The translations under genes were made by a program, and so were the position numbers. A stretch of DNA of 64,000 bases from a candidate division FCPU426 bacterium (GTDB lineage Bacteria > Oederibacteriota > Muellerivitia > Muellerivitales > Muellerivitaceae). Position 1 is the stretch's first letter; each line of letters starts with the position of its first letter. A model generated the notes under the pieces. That model searched no databases. It saw nothing but the letters and a program-made list of their open reading frames with translations, and was not told where the DNA came from. The stretch spans positions 192,001 to 256,000 of the forward strand of contig CAWKAR010000027.1 in NCBI GenBank assembly GCA_963847625.1, given 5' to 3'. Below are positions 21,143 to 31,141 of the stretch, one piece after another.

Positions 21143-22795
21143 ATGAAACTGGCCACAAGCCAAGACATGAAAAAAATCGATGAAATGGCTGTAAAGGAAT
21201 TTTCCGTGACCGTCGGAAAATTTATGGAATCCGCCGGACAAGCCGTGGTGGATGCCATGGAAAGTAAGTTTGGAATTCTTTCCCATAAGACGGTGGGAGT
21301 GCTTTGCGGCCCAGGCCATAACGGCGGCGACGGACTCGTGGTTGCCCGTCTTCTTAAGGAGAATAAATCCAGCGTCGTGGCCGTCGTGGTGGGCGACCCG
21401 GAGGATATGGCGGAAGAAACTCTCAAGCAATTCCAAAAGGCCAAGACCGTCAAGGTGCCAATTCTGTTTTTAAAGGGCTCGGAAGGGTTAAAGTCAGTCC
21501 AAGTGGCCTTGGAGGAATGCGACCTTCTGGTGGACTCCCTTTTCGGGACCGGACTTTCGCGCCCGGTGGAAGGTCTCTTCCGGGAATTGATCCGGGCGGT
21601 CAAGACGTTAGCAAAACCGATCGTCGCGGTCGATGTGCCTTCGGGGTTTTCCTCCGATGCGGGTGTGCCCCTGGGCGAGGCTTTGACCGCCCAACTCACG
21701 GTTACTTTTGGACTCTCCAAAATAGGTTTTTATTCCCCGACCGCTCCGGCTTTTTTGGGGGAATGGAAAGTGGATAAAATCGGGTTCCCGGAGCAGCTTT
21801 TAAACGCCCCATTTTTAAAACATGAAATTACTGAGCCGGAGATGGTCCGTAAATGTCTTCCTTCCTACGATGATTACACCCACAAAGGAACACGAGGCCG
21901 GGTCTTGATCGTGGCCGGGGCCACGGGTCTCACCGGGGCCGCCACCCTTTGCGCCCTCGGAGCGCAACGGATCGGCACCGGATTGGTGACGGTGGCTTGC
22001 CCCGAAAGCTTGAATTCCATTTTGGAAGCCAAATTGACGGAACCCATGACCGCGCCGGTCCCCGAAGTGGAAGGCGGTTTTTTTTCCTTGAAGGCAGCCG
22101 GCCGGATCATCCACTTGGCCACGAATGTCAATTCGGTGGTGATCGGTCCTGGAATAGGCCGGCACCGGGAAACCGGACAATTACTGAGGGAACTTTTGAC
22201 CAAACTTACCTTGCCTATGGTTGTGGACGCCGATGCCCTCAATCTCTTGGGGGGACAGTTAGACATATTCAAGGCCGTTAAGGCTCCCGTCCTTCTGACA
22301 CCCCATCCCGGGGAGGCGGCCTGGCTTTTAAAAACTACCATTAACGATGTCGAACAAAACCGCGTTAAAGTTGCGAAGCAAATAGCCCAGGGCTATAATG
22401 TCGTCGTTATTTTAAAGGGACACCACACCGTCATTGCCAATCCCAAGGGAGAGGTCCGGATTAACCCCACCGGGGGACGGGCCTTGGCAACCGCCGGCAC
22501 TGGTGATGTCCTATCCGGTATCCTTGGCGGTTTGTTAGCCCAGCGTATACCTCTTTTTGAGGCGGCTACAGCCGGTGTTTACCTTCACGGGATGGCTGGC
22601 GACAAGGCAAGCAAGCGGATGGGGCCGGATGGGGTTTTGGCCGGTGATTTATTGCCTCTTCTTCCAAAAGTATTGCGATTAGTGAGAGAAAATAAAAGGG
22701 AGCCCCTATGGCCGTCTCAAACGAACTCCAAGCCCATTGGGAGGCGTTCCTCAAAGTCGCCCAAGTCCGTGAACCGCGCCTCTACGAACATTTAA
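21143..22795 (+). CDS. nnr: bifunctional NAD(P)HX epimerase/dehydratase
   Basis: CGPGHNGGDG, DSLFGTG, AVDVPSG, THKG, VDADAL, TPHPGE, ATAGTGDVLSG. Confidence 0.95.
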   Translation: MKLATSQDMKKIDEMAVKEFSVTVGKFMESAGQAVVDAMESKFGILSHKTVGVLCGPGHNGGDGLVVARLLKENKSSVVAVVVGDPEDMAEETLKQFQKAKTVKVPILFLKGSEGLKSVQVALEECDLLVDSLFGTGLSRPVEGLFRELIRAVKTLAKPIVAVDVPSGFSSDAGVPLGEALTAQLTVTFGLSKIGFYSPTAPAFLGEWKVDKIGFPEQLLNAPFLKHEITEPEMVRKCLPSYDDYTHKGTRGRVLIVAGATGLTGAATLCALGAQRIGTGLVTVACPESLNSILEAKLTEPMTAPVPEVEGGFFSLKAAGRIIHLATNVNSVVIGPGIGRHRETGQLLRELLTKLTLPMVVDADALNLLGGQLDIFKAVKAPVLLTPHPGEAAWLLKTTINDVEQNRVKVAKQIAQGYNVVVILKGHHTVIANPKGEVRINPTGGRALATAGTGDVLSGILGGLLAQRIPLFEAATAGVYLHGMAGDKASKRMGPDGVLAGDLLPLLPKVLRLVRENKREPLWPSQTNSKPIGRRSSKSPKSVNRASTNI

Positions 22796-23391
22796 AACTT
22801 GCCCGACCCAAGGAATTGACCAAATACAACTTGGTTGTTCTAGCGAAAACACCGGAAGAACTTAAGGAAATGGAGGTTGGTTTAAAGGTTTATCATGATA
22901 AGATAACCGAGTTTGTTCCTTTGGTTTTTGGCGATAATCGGGGCATCAAAACTGAATTAGCCAAGGAAGAGGAATGGCAGTTATTCGCCCCTGAAGACAC
23001 TGCCCAGGAGGTTTCTCAGAAGAAACCGTTGGCGCCGGTAGTGTCCACCCCTCCACCGGTGGATCAAAATGAGCTGTTAAAGGTCTTGGAAACTTCCATC
23101 CGGCAAAAAATTGAGGCGGAAGTCAGGGCTTCTCTTGCCGAGGAAAAGGAAAGCCCGGAAAAGCAGAAAGAACTCCTTCAGAAATTGAAGGAAGAACTTG
23201 AGGAAGAAGAGGAAAACCGCCAGTTAGCGATTCGAATGGCCCTGATAGCCGAAGGGGACAAGATCCTCACCCAACTCGTTATGATTTGGCAGCAAGCCAA
23301 GCAAAACGGGGATGGCGGTCTTCAGTGGAACGAGGTCAAGCAACGCTTGTTGGAACTTCTGGACGCCACAGTCCAGCTGACACATTCGTAA
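22708..23391 (+). CDS. hypothetical protein with acidic coiled-coil C-terminus
   Basis: 227 aa, RBS AGGGAG, operon context. Confidence 0.7.
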   Translation: MAVSNELQAHWEAFLKVAQVREPRLYEHLKLARPKELTKYNLVVLAKTPEELKEMEVGLKVYHDKITEFVPLVFGDNRGIKTELAKEEEWQLFAPEDTAQEVSQKKPLAPVVSTPPPVDQNELLKVLETSIRQKIEAEVRASLAEEKESPEKQKELLQKLKEELEEEEENRQLAIRMALIAEGDKILTQLVMIWQQAKQNGDGGLQWNEVKQRLLELLDATVQLTHS

Positions 23392-23415
23392 TTTGAAAAA
23401 AAGGATGGAGGAAAA

Positions 23416-24015
23416 ATGATCAACCAAACCGTGGATTCCGCCTGGGGATATTTGGCCCTTTCTTTCATAACTTGGACCGTGACTTTTGCTGTCCTTGTTT
23501 TCGGTTTCATGCTTCGGCGAAGGATTCTTTTATGGGACGACCAATGGAAGGAAAAGCTGGAGGAAACCGGTGTGTCGATTAAGGAGTTTGCGGAAGACCT
23601 GGAAATAACACATGAAAAAATCCGTTATACTTTCCGCTTGCTGGGTTTTTTCCTGATCGTCATTGTGGCTCTGATGGCTTTGGTCGTTTATTTGGCCATG
23701 ATCCAGAAGCCCGTATTGGGCTTTCCTCAAGTCTTGAATGGCATTTGGATTTTGGTTTTGGTGGCTCTCTCCGTGGTCATTCCGGCTTTCGTCAATTTTG
23801 CAGTTGGGACCTATTTATCCGAGACCATGTTGTTAAAGACGAATGGGTTCGTGTACCGCGAGGTCCGGGAAGAAATTTTGCAGAAGAAAGCCAAGTTGAA
23901 GATCATGGAAAAAGCCAAGCAATTGAGAGCCCAACGGGAAGCCCTTCGAACGTCTTCACCGGCCCCGCCCGTTTCAAGCCCCGGGACGAAGGCCCCCACA
24001 CCCGCGGCAAAATAA
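23416..24015 (+). CDS. hypothetical membrane protein
   Basis: Three TM helices, GGAGG RBS. Confidence 0.7.
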   Translation: MINQTVDSAWGYLALSFITWTVTFAVLVFGFMLRRRILLWDDQWKEKLEETGVSIKEFAEDLEITHEKIRYTFRLLGFFLIVIVALMALVVYLAMIQKPVLGFPQVLNGIWILVLVALSVVIPAFVNFAVGTYLSETMLLKTNGFVYREVREEILQKKAKLKIMEKAKQLRAQREALRTSSPAPPVSSPGTKAPTPAAK

Positions 24016-24093
24016 TCGCCTCGCTAAAAATTTTCAGCCTCACCGGTTGTCTCCGGTTTGGTTTTACAGTCATACCGTCCAAAGGGATTCATC

Positions 24094-24453
24094 ATGTTTA
24101 AAAAATTATTTTTAATATTCTTTTTCATGATCGGCTTAACGGGTTGCGCGTCCGTGGGAATCGTGGATTCCAGCCTACAGCTGGAAATAACACCCAGCCC
24201 GGTCGAGAGGGGAAAGCCGGCTTTGGCCGAGATTAACGCTCCCATGGAAGCGGAAAAAGTCACCGGTACGGTCCGGGTTTTTGGAAGTCCGCAACTATTG
24301 TTCAGGAAAAACGAGGAAAAAAACATTTGGTATTTTTATGGGACCATTCCCTTTTCCCCCTGGGTCAAGCCGGGCACTTATCAAGTGAGGGTAGTCGTTT
24401 ATTTGCCGAAAGGAAGCCCCCATTACACTGAAATGAAAGTCGAACTTAAATGA
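24094..24453 (+). CDS. hypothetical lipoprotein
   Basis: Signal peptide with lipobox LTGC; beta-rich body. Confidence 0.7.
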   Translation: MFKKLFLIFFFMIGLTGCASVGIVDSSLQLEITPSPVERGKPALAEINAPMEAEKVTGTVRVFGSPQLLFRKNEEKNIWYFYGTIPFSPWVKPGTYQVRVVVYLPKGSPHYTEMKVELK

Positions 24454-25313
24454 GGGAAACCGAATCCGTCTCCGTCATCATTCCCGCCTATAACGAGGAG
24501 GGGGCGGTAGCAGGTGTGGTCCAATCGGTTCGGTCCCAACTGAAAAAAGCGAAGGTGAAATTCGAGATCCTGGTAGTAGACGACGGAAGCCGCGACCGGA
24601 CATTCCAGGAAGCCAAAAAGTCCGGAGCCAGTGTGATTTCCATGGGCGAAAATCGCGGTTACGGGGCATCCCTCAAGGCGGGGATGAGACAGGCCCGCCA
24701 CAACTTGATCGCCATTTTGGACGCGGACGGAACCTATCCCACAGAAGAACTGCCGAATCTCATCCAGATGGCACAAACGGCCGATATGACCGTCGGGGCC
24801 AGGATCAAACCCTTTACCGCGATCCCGCCTCTGCGGCGGTTTCCGAAATGGGTCCTGGGGAAATGGGCCAATTACCTGGCTGAAAGGAAAATCCCCGATT
24901 TGAACTCGGGATTAAGGGTTTTTCGTAAAAATATAGCCGCCCGGTACGAAGGCCTTTTCCCGAACGGTTTTTCCTTCACCACCACCCTGACCCTGGCCTT
25001 GGAATGCCATGGATATATCGTCAAATACCATCCCATCACCTATCACGAAAGGATCGGGGCTTCCAAAATTAGGCCTTTTCAGGACACCCTTAACTTCTTT
25101 TCCCTGGTTTTAAGGGTGGTCATGTATTTCAAGCCCTTGAAGATTTTCATCCCTCTGAGCGCTATGATTCTACTAAGCGGTGTCGTCATCGGAATTTTAT
25201 CCTACTCCCGTGTCCAGGCCGTTAACGGCATGTCCTTGTTTTTATTGGTGGCCGGACTCCAAATCGCCGCTTTAGGACTCTTGGCCGACCTGTTGGTAAA
25301 GAGGGGAAGATAA
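24450..25313 (+). CDS. GT2 glycosyltransferase (DPM1-like) with C-terminal TM helices
   Basis: IIPAYNEE, VDDGSRD, NRGYG, DADGTY, DLNSGLR. Confidence 0.9.
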   Translation: MRETESVSVIIPAYNEEGAVAGVVQSVRSQLKKAKVKFEILVVDDGSRDRTFQEAKKSGASVISMGENRGYGASLKAGMRQARHNLIAILDADGTYPTEELPNLIQMAQTADMTVGARIKPFTAIPPLRRFPKWVLGKWANYLAERKIPDLNSGLRVFRKNIAARYEGLFPNGFSFTTTLTLALECHGYIVKYHPITYHERIGASKIRPFQDTLNFFSLVLRVVMYFKPLKIFIPLSAMILLSGVVIGILSYSRVQAVNGMSLFLLVAGLQIAALGLLADLLVKRGR

Positions 25314-25317
25314 TCCG

Positions 25318-26736
25318 ATGAAGGTATTGCTGGTCAACCCACCCAGTGAAAATATGATCACCACCAATATCCCATCGGTGGTGGACGAAGAGAGGGGTTT
25401 CAACCCGCCTTTAGGACTTCTTTACGTGGCGGGATACGCCAAGACCCATACCCAACATGAAATACTCGTCCTGGATTGCCAAGTCGAGGAAATTTCCCAG
25501 GATGAAGTGGAAGACCGAATCCGCGAAATCCATCCTGACGTTGTCGGCATTCAAACCCTCACCTTTACGGTCATCGACGCGCGCATGGTCGCGAAAGCCG
25601 CCAAAAGGGCAAATCCCCTGTGCAAGGTGGTCATGGGCGGACCCCACGTGCATATTTTCGCCCGTGAAACTCTCGCCATGCCGGAAGTGGATTTCGCGGT
25701 CAAGGGGGAAGGAGAATTGGCGTTCACCCAGCTTCTCTCTGCCTTGGAAGGCGGCATCGCTTTCGACCAGGTATTTGGGTTGGCATACCGCGATCCCTCC
25801 ACGGGACAAATCAAGGATAATCCACCGGCCCCTCCCATCGAGGACTTGGACCAGTTGCCCCATCCGGCCAGGGAATTGACCCCCATCCACAAGTATTATT
25901 CCATTCTCGCCAAACACAATCCCATCACCACCATGTTCACGAGCCGGGGGTGCCCCTATCGGTGCCTTTTTTGCGACCGCCCCACCATGGGCCGCCGGTT
26001 CCGCAGCCACTCGGCGACGGCCGTGGTCGATGAGATGACAGCGTGCGTGAAGATGGGGATCCGGGAATTTTTCATTTATGACGACACTTTCAACGTGAAC
26101 CGCAAGAGGGTTTTCGATATATGCGGGGAAATCAAGCGGCGAAAAATGGAGATTACCTTCGACATCCGGGCCCGGGCGGACCGGATGGACGAGGAAATGC
26201 TCAAAGAACTAGCCTCAGCCGGCTGCGATCGCATCCACTATGGAGTAGAGTCTGGCAACGAGGAAGTTTTGGAGACCCTCTTGAAGGATTTGAACCTGGA
26301 TCAAGTCCGGGAGGTGTTTAAAGCCACTCGAAAACACGGCATGAAAACCCTGGCTTATTTCATGATCGGCAACCCGGGTGAAACGCGAGCCATGGCCCAT
26401 AAAACAATCGAGTTCGCGAAGGAATTGGATCCTGATTTCGTCCATTTTTCCGTTTTAACCCCGTTTCCGGCCACCGCCATTTATTACAAGGCTTTGGAAG
26501 AAGGCCGTTACGACCATGATTATTGGGCGGAGTTTGCCAAGAATCCTAGCCTCGATTTTAAACCCCGCTTATGGGAAGAATTCATGACCCGCGAGGAATT
26601 GATTGGTTTGCTGAAGGAGGCCTATAAGTCTTTTTACCTTAGGCCGAAAATTTTCATGAAAAATATGGTTCGCACTCATTCCGCGCTCGATCTTTTTCGA
26701 AAAGCCCGTGTGGGATTGAAAATGCTTCGGATATAA
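25318..26736 (+). CDS. B12-binding-domain radical SAM protein
   Basis: PPLGLLYVAG, GGPH, SRGCPYRCLFC, GVESG. Confidence 0.9.
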   Translation: MKVLLVNPPSENMITTNIPSVVDEERGFNPPLGLLYVAGYAKTHTQHEILVLDCQVEEISQDEVEDRIREIHPDVVGIQTLTFTVIDARMVAKAAKRANPLCKVVMGGPHVHIFARETLAMPEVDFAVKGEGELAFTQLLSALEGGIAFDQVFGLAYRDPSTGQIKDNPPAPPIEDLDQLPHPARELTPIHKYYSILAKHNPITTMFTSRGCPYRCLFCDRPTMGRRFRSHSATAVVDEMTACVKMGIREFFIYDDTFNVNRKRVFDICGEIKRRKMEITFDIRARADRMDEEMLKELASAGCDRIHYGVESGNEEVLETLLKDLNLDQVREVFKATRKHGMKTLAYFMIGNPGETRAMAHKTIEFAKELDPDFVHFSVLTPFPATAIYYKALEEGRYDHDYWAEFAKNPSLDFKPRLWEEFMTREELIGLLKEAYKSFYLRPKIFMKNMVRTHSALDLFRKARVGLKMLRI

Positions 26737-26834
26737 TCTCCTCCAACGTCTAGGCCCGACTCTACGTGCTTTTGATATGGCATCCGAGATCGGGTTTTCC
26801 GCTTTACCGGGGAAAAATACCCGAATATCGATTG

Positions 26835-27884
26835 CTGAATTCAACCAGTAAGTGCAACACCTTGACTAAAGACCTGCTCCGGCGTTTTGAAACGAAGGCA
26901 CTTGCGAGGACGATGGTTTAGGATCCGTTCCACGCGTCGTACATTCGCTGGGGTTATAGTAGCAAAATCCGTTTTCTTGGGATAGAAGCGACGAACAAGA
27001 CCTGCAGTATTTTCAACACAACCTTTCTCCCAACTGTGGAAGGGCAAACAAAAGAATGAACGAGTGCCTGAAACACGATTCACCTGGAGATGTTCGACGT
27101 TTTCGGAGCCATTGTCGTATGTGATGGTACGGCGGAGGCCTTTTGAAATCCGAACCAACCGACGGTTGATTGCGGCTCTAGTGTGGAAAGCTGATTTTTG
27201 AGGTAGCCAAGCCAGTTTCACCAGACGACTTTTGCGCTCGACCATAACCAGAAGTGAGGGTTTGCTTTTCCGGGAGATGATGGTGTCGGCCTCCCAGTGC
27301 CCGAATTGCTGTCTTGTTTCAACGATAGCTGGTCGTTGGGTAATGGGAGTACGTTGAGGAATATGGCTTTTGCGATGTTTTTGAGTGTGCCAACGTCGCA
27401 AACGTTTTCGATGGGCCCGGGCTAGATGAGGAATGAGGTTTCGAGCTTCGCAGTAGATGAATTGATAGATGGCTTCATGGGAAACGGAAAGTTTTGGTTT
27501 CTCCCGGCGAAGAAAACCGGCAATTTGCTCGGGCGAGAGTCCACGAGGTATTTCTCGCAGTACTAAACGGCGAATCTCAGGATTTTTAAGCCTTAAATGA
27601 GTACGTGAAAGACGGTTTCGGTGTTCTGCACGCATGTGAGCTCTGGCGGGCAGGTAGCGGCAAGATCGTATAGGAGGGGCGTTGCGCTTCAGTTCTCGGG
27701 AAATGCTGGATACATCACGGCCCAGACGGCGTGCGATTTCCCGAAGGGAGAGGCCTTCAGCATTCCAAACTGAAATTTCTTCACGTTCGGCTAACGACAG
27801 ATGCTTGTAGGATGATTTCATAGCACTTAGGATAACCCCCGGGTTCTGCCGGGTCTAAGTGTTGCACTTCGTTATTGAACTGGG
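26835..27884 (-). mobile_element. IS30-family insertion sequence
   Basis: Imperfect 26-bp IRs (19/26; shared TTCAA...AAGTGCAACAC); GATTG direct repeat at 26830-26834 and 27885-27889. Confidence 0.85.
26841..27821 (-). CDS. IS30-family transposase
   Basis: HLSLAERE HTH, SISRELKRN, GHWEADT, TYDNGSE, WEKGCVEN, NHRPRKCL. Confidence 0.95.
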   Translation of the reverse strand: MKSSYKHLSLAEREEISVWNAEGLSLREIARRLGRDVSSISRELKRNAPPIRSCRYLPARAHMRAEHRNRLSRTHLRLKNPEIRRLVLREIPRGLSPEQIAGFLRREKPKLSVSHEAIYQFIYCEARNLIPHLARAHRKRLRRWHTQKHRKSHIPQRTPITQRPAIVETRQQFGHWEADTIISRKSKPSLLVMVERKSRLVKLAWLPQKSAFHTRAAINRRLVRISKGLRRTITYDNGSENVEHLQVNRVSGTRSFFCLPFHSWEKGCVENTAGLVRRFYPKKTDFATITPANVRRVERILNHRPRKCLRFKTPEQVFSQGVALTG

Positions 27885-27911
27885 GATTGTGAAAAAGGAA
27901 TTCATTTCTCT

Positions 27912-28877
27912 ATGAGACGCTATATACCCGTCATTTTTGGCTTTCTTTTATTCGCTGGGGTCTTGTTCTTTGGCAAGATCAACCTGGCCGACACAATGGT
28001 TTATTTGAAGAAGGCCGATTGGACTTATCTGGCCCTGGCGCTGTTAGGCTTTCTCGTCATGGTTTATATCAAGGGAATTCGTTGGAGCTTTCTTTTGCGG
28101 ATGCAGTCGGCGCGATATCCAGTCTGGAATTGTTTCCTGATCTACATGTCGACATTATTTTGGGGAAACTTTACCCCGGGCCGCGCGGGAGATTTTTTCA
28201 AGGTTTTTTACCTCAAGGAGGACCTAAAATTTTCCACGGGAACCGGCATGGCGAGCGTCCTGGTGGACCGGGTGTTCGATTTATACCTTCTCCTGGTTCT
28301 GGGCGGACTGGGAATCCTTGTTTATCCCATGCCGTCGGACACCACCTCACTCAAGATGATATTGGCCGTAAAAGTCCTTTTCGGGGTTTTGATCGTCATC
28401 ACGCTTTTGGCTTTCAACAGGAAGATCGGCGAGGTTTTTTTGAAAGCGGCTTTCCAACGCCTCCTGAAACAAGAGCACAGGGACAAGACGGATAAGCTTT
28501 TTGAAGATTTTCACGAAGCCATGGCCTCCTTTTATAAACCCGCCATCCTGGTGCCGATTCTTCTTTCGCTGGTCTCCTACGCTTCTTTCTTTTGCGGTTG
28601 TTATATGATCGCCCTATCCATCGGAATACCGGTCAACCTCTTTTACCTTTCCTTCTGCGTCTCCGTGGTGAATATCGTGTCCCTCTTGACCTTTTTGGGC
28701 ATGGGGACAAGGGAAGCGGCTTTGATCTTTCTCTTCGCCTTGGTGTCCATCACCAAGGACCAAGCCCTGGCTTATTCACTTCTACTTTTATTTGTGGGAA
28801 ATATTCTTTTCAATCTCTTGGGTTTGGTTTGTTTTTATCTGAAGCCCATCCGGTTAAAGGGGCTTTCCCTCTCCTAA
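27912..28877 (+). CDS. lysylphosphatidylglycerol-synthase TM-domain / flippase-like protein (UPF0104)
   Basis: RW, NFTPGRAGD, DRVFD, GMGTREA. Confidence 0.85.
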   Translation: MRRYIPVIFGFLLFAGVLFFGKINLADTMVYLKKADWTYLALALLGFLVMVYIKGIRWSFLLRMQSARYPVWNCFLIYMSTLFWGNFTPGRAGDFFKVFYLKEDLKFSTGTGMASVLVDRVFDLYLLLVLGGLGILVYPMPSDTTSLKMILAVKVLFGVLIVITLLAFNRKIGEVFLKAAFQRLLKQEHRDKTDKLFEDFHEAMASFYKPAILVPILLSLVSYASFFCGCYMIALSIGIPVNLFYLSFCVSVVNIVSLLTFLGMGTREAALIFLFALVSITKDQALAYSLLLLFVGNILFNLLGLVCFYLKPIRLKGLSLS

Positions 28878-28898
28878 TTCGGGCGCTAGACTGGACAG

Positions 28899-29660
28899 AT
28901 GGCAAAAACCATATGTATCACTAACCAAAAGGGCGGGGTCGGGAAAACCACCACGGCCGTTAACTTGGCCGCCTGCCTGGCCGCCCTCGAAAGAAAAACT
29001 TTGCTCGTGGACATGGACCCCCAAGGTAATTCCACCAGCGGGGTGGGCCTGCAGAAAAACGAGTATGAAACCAACATTTATCAAGTACTGATGGGTGAGG
29101 CGGATATTCTGGCGACGGTTAAGCCCACGGAATTAAAAAAGCTTTTTTGCCTTCCTTCCAACGGCCACTTGATCGGGGCGGAAGTCGAGCTCGTGAACAT
29201 GGAGGAGAGGGAAACGCGGTTAAAAAAGGCCCTGGCCGAAGTCCAAGACCAGTTCGAATTTATTTTAATCGATTGTCCGCCATCTCTCGGTTTTTTGACC
29301 CTCAACGCTTTGACCGCGGCCCAGTCGGTCTTGATCCCCATCCAAAGCGAGTATTACGCCCTGGAGGGATTGAGTTCCCTCATGGAAACCGTGGAGCGCG
29401 TGAGGGAAAGCTTGAACCCCAAACTGGAAATCGAAGGAGCGCTTTTGACCATGGTTGACACCCGGACCCGCCTTTCCTCCCAGGTTTCCGAGGAGGTGCG
29501 AAAGTTTTTCGGGAAAAAGGTGTACAATACGACCATTCCCCGGAATGTCCAACTCTCCGAGTCGCCTTCGTTTGGGAAACCGATTATTCTTTACGATATC
29601 CGCTGCAGTGGTGCCCAAGCCTATCTAAATCTCACCAAGGAGATCGTCCGCAATGGCTAA
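28899..29660 (+). CDS. parA: chromosome partitioning ATPase ParA/Soj
   Basis: NQKGGVGKTTT, DMDPQGN, DCPPSLG, EYYALEG, SPSFG. Confidence 0.96.
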   Translation: MAKTICITNQKGGVGKTTTAVNLAACLAALERKTLLVDMDPQGNSTSGVGLQKNEYETNIYQVLMGEADILATVKPTELKKLFCLPSNGHLIGAEVELVNMEERETRLKKALAEVQDQFEFILIDCPPSLGFLTLNALTAAQSVLIPIQSEYYALEGLSSLMETVERVRESLNPKLEIEGALLTMVDTRTRLSSQVSEEVRKFFGKKVYNTTIPRNVQLSESPSFGKPIILYDIRCSGAQAYLNLTKEIVRNG

Positions 29661-30513
29661 AAAAGCCCTCGGCCGAGGGTTGGAAGCCCTCATTCCGAAA
29701 AAGACTTCCGACGATAAAAAAGGGCATGCCCTGCAGATTCCCGTATCCCAAGTCCAGCCCAATCCTTTCCAACCCCGTAAAATATTCCGACCCGAAGAAC
29801 TGCAGGAATTGATCCATTCCATCCGGGAGAAGGGAATTCTCCAGCCGATCCTGGTGCGAAAAAAGGGGGAACATTGGGAAATCATCGCGGGGGAACGCCG
29901 GTTCCGGGCCGTGCAAAAATTGGGCATGCTGACCATTCCCGCCGTCGAAGTCCAGGTTTCCGACGTGGAGGTCCTGGAAATGGCTTTGGTGGAAAACCTC
30001 CAGCGCACCGACCTTTCCCCCCTGGAAGAGGCCGCGGGTTATCACCGGCTCCAGGAAGAATTCAACATGACCCAGGAGCAAATAGCCCAGAAGGTCGGCA
30101 AGGACCGTGCCACCGTGGCCAATACCTTGCGCCTCCTGAAGCTGACGCCCGAAGTCCAGTCTCTTCTTTCCTCCGGCCAACTCACAGCGGGTCACGCGCG
30201 CGTACTCGCGGCTCTTTCAACACCCCAGGAACAACTGAAATGGGCGAAAAAAATTTCTCAACAAGGATTGCCCGTGCGGGATGTGGAGAAATGGCTGCAA
30301 AACCAAAAAGGCCCGGTGAAAAAAACAAAATCCTCAAGCGGCCCAAAGGACCCAAACTTGACAAAATTGGAGGAAAACCTCCGCAATTGGCTTGGTACGA
30401 AAGTTTCCATCAAGGCCCTTGGGAAACAAAAGGGAACAATTTATTTGGAATATTATTCCCTGGATGATTTGGACCGGATTTTGAATTTGTTCCGCAAGGC
30501 CGGCTACCGTTGA
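29653..30513 (+). CDS. parB: chromosome partitioning protein ParB/Spo0J
   Basis: LGRGLEAL, NPFQPR, GERRFRA, ENLQR, HTH. Confidence 0.96.
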   Translation: MAKKALGRGLEALIPKKTSDDKKGHALQIPVSQVQPNPFQPRKIFRPEELQELIHSIREKGILQPILVRKKGEHWEIIAGERRFRAVQKLGMLTIPAVEVQVSDVEVLEMALVENLQRTDLSPLEEAAGYHRLQEEFNMTQEQIAQKVGKDRATVANTLRLLKLTPEVQSLLSSGQLTAGHARVLAALSTPQEQLKWAKKISQQGLPVRDVEKWLQNQKGPVKKTKSSSGPKDPNLTKLEENLRNWLGTKVSIKALGKQKGTIYLEYYSLDDLDRILNLFRKAGYR

Positions 30514-30605
30514 CATTCGAAGTGAATGTGTTAAATTATTTTCAGCAAAGAATATTTGTTCGGGATTGATCCCTCCCTAAATGCACCCTTTCCAAGGAGT
30601 GAAAA

Positions 30606-30890
30606 GTGCCCCAGACTGCGGCGGAGATCATAGCGAAAAAAATCGAGATGGAAACCAAGCGGCTTGCGCCACAAGCCGTCTTCCGGGTGGATTACTCCAA
30701 TTACCATGATGACGGCGTGGATATTTACTTGTACGCCCCCCGGAAGGTGTCCGACATATTGAGGGGCAGGCTGAAAGGGTTGATGGATGGGGAGTTGAGA
30801 AGGGTTAAACACGTACGAGCCCGGTTGCTCATGGAAGACATCGAGAATATGACCGAGGAAGCCAAGAAAAAATACGGAATAGCTGTTTAA
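30606..30890 (+). CDS. hypothetical protein
   Basis: 94 aa, AAGGAG RBS, host-like codon usage. Confidence 0.65.
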   Translation: MPQTAAEIIAKKIEMETKRLAPQAVFRVDYSNYHDDGVDIYLYAPRKVSDILRGRLKGLMDGELRRVKHVRARLLMEDIENMTEEAKKKYGIAV

Positions 30891-31141
30891 CTTTTCCTAA
30901 AAACGTTTCATGAGTTTCCCTTTTGAGATGCGAACCCAAAAACCCTTCCTAGCTTGCCCTTAAATAGTTCTTTTTCCGCCTGAATCCCCATGGAAAAACC
31001 ATACCCTTTTCATGATGAATCGGGGTCTTGACTATGTTTTCAGCGGGGGTAACATGCCCCCGGTCTTATTTTCTTAATGGTAAGTCTGAAGAAAACCGCC
31101 AGGCAAAAATCATCAAATCATTACTTTTGGAAGACTTTTAA

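Noticed and set aside
28899..31141. parS site or oriC near parAB
   Set aside because: No TGTTTCACGTGAAACA-like palindrome or DnaA-box cluster seen by eye
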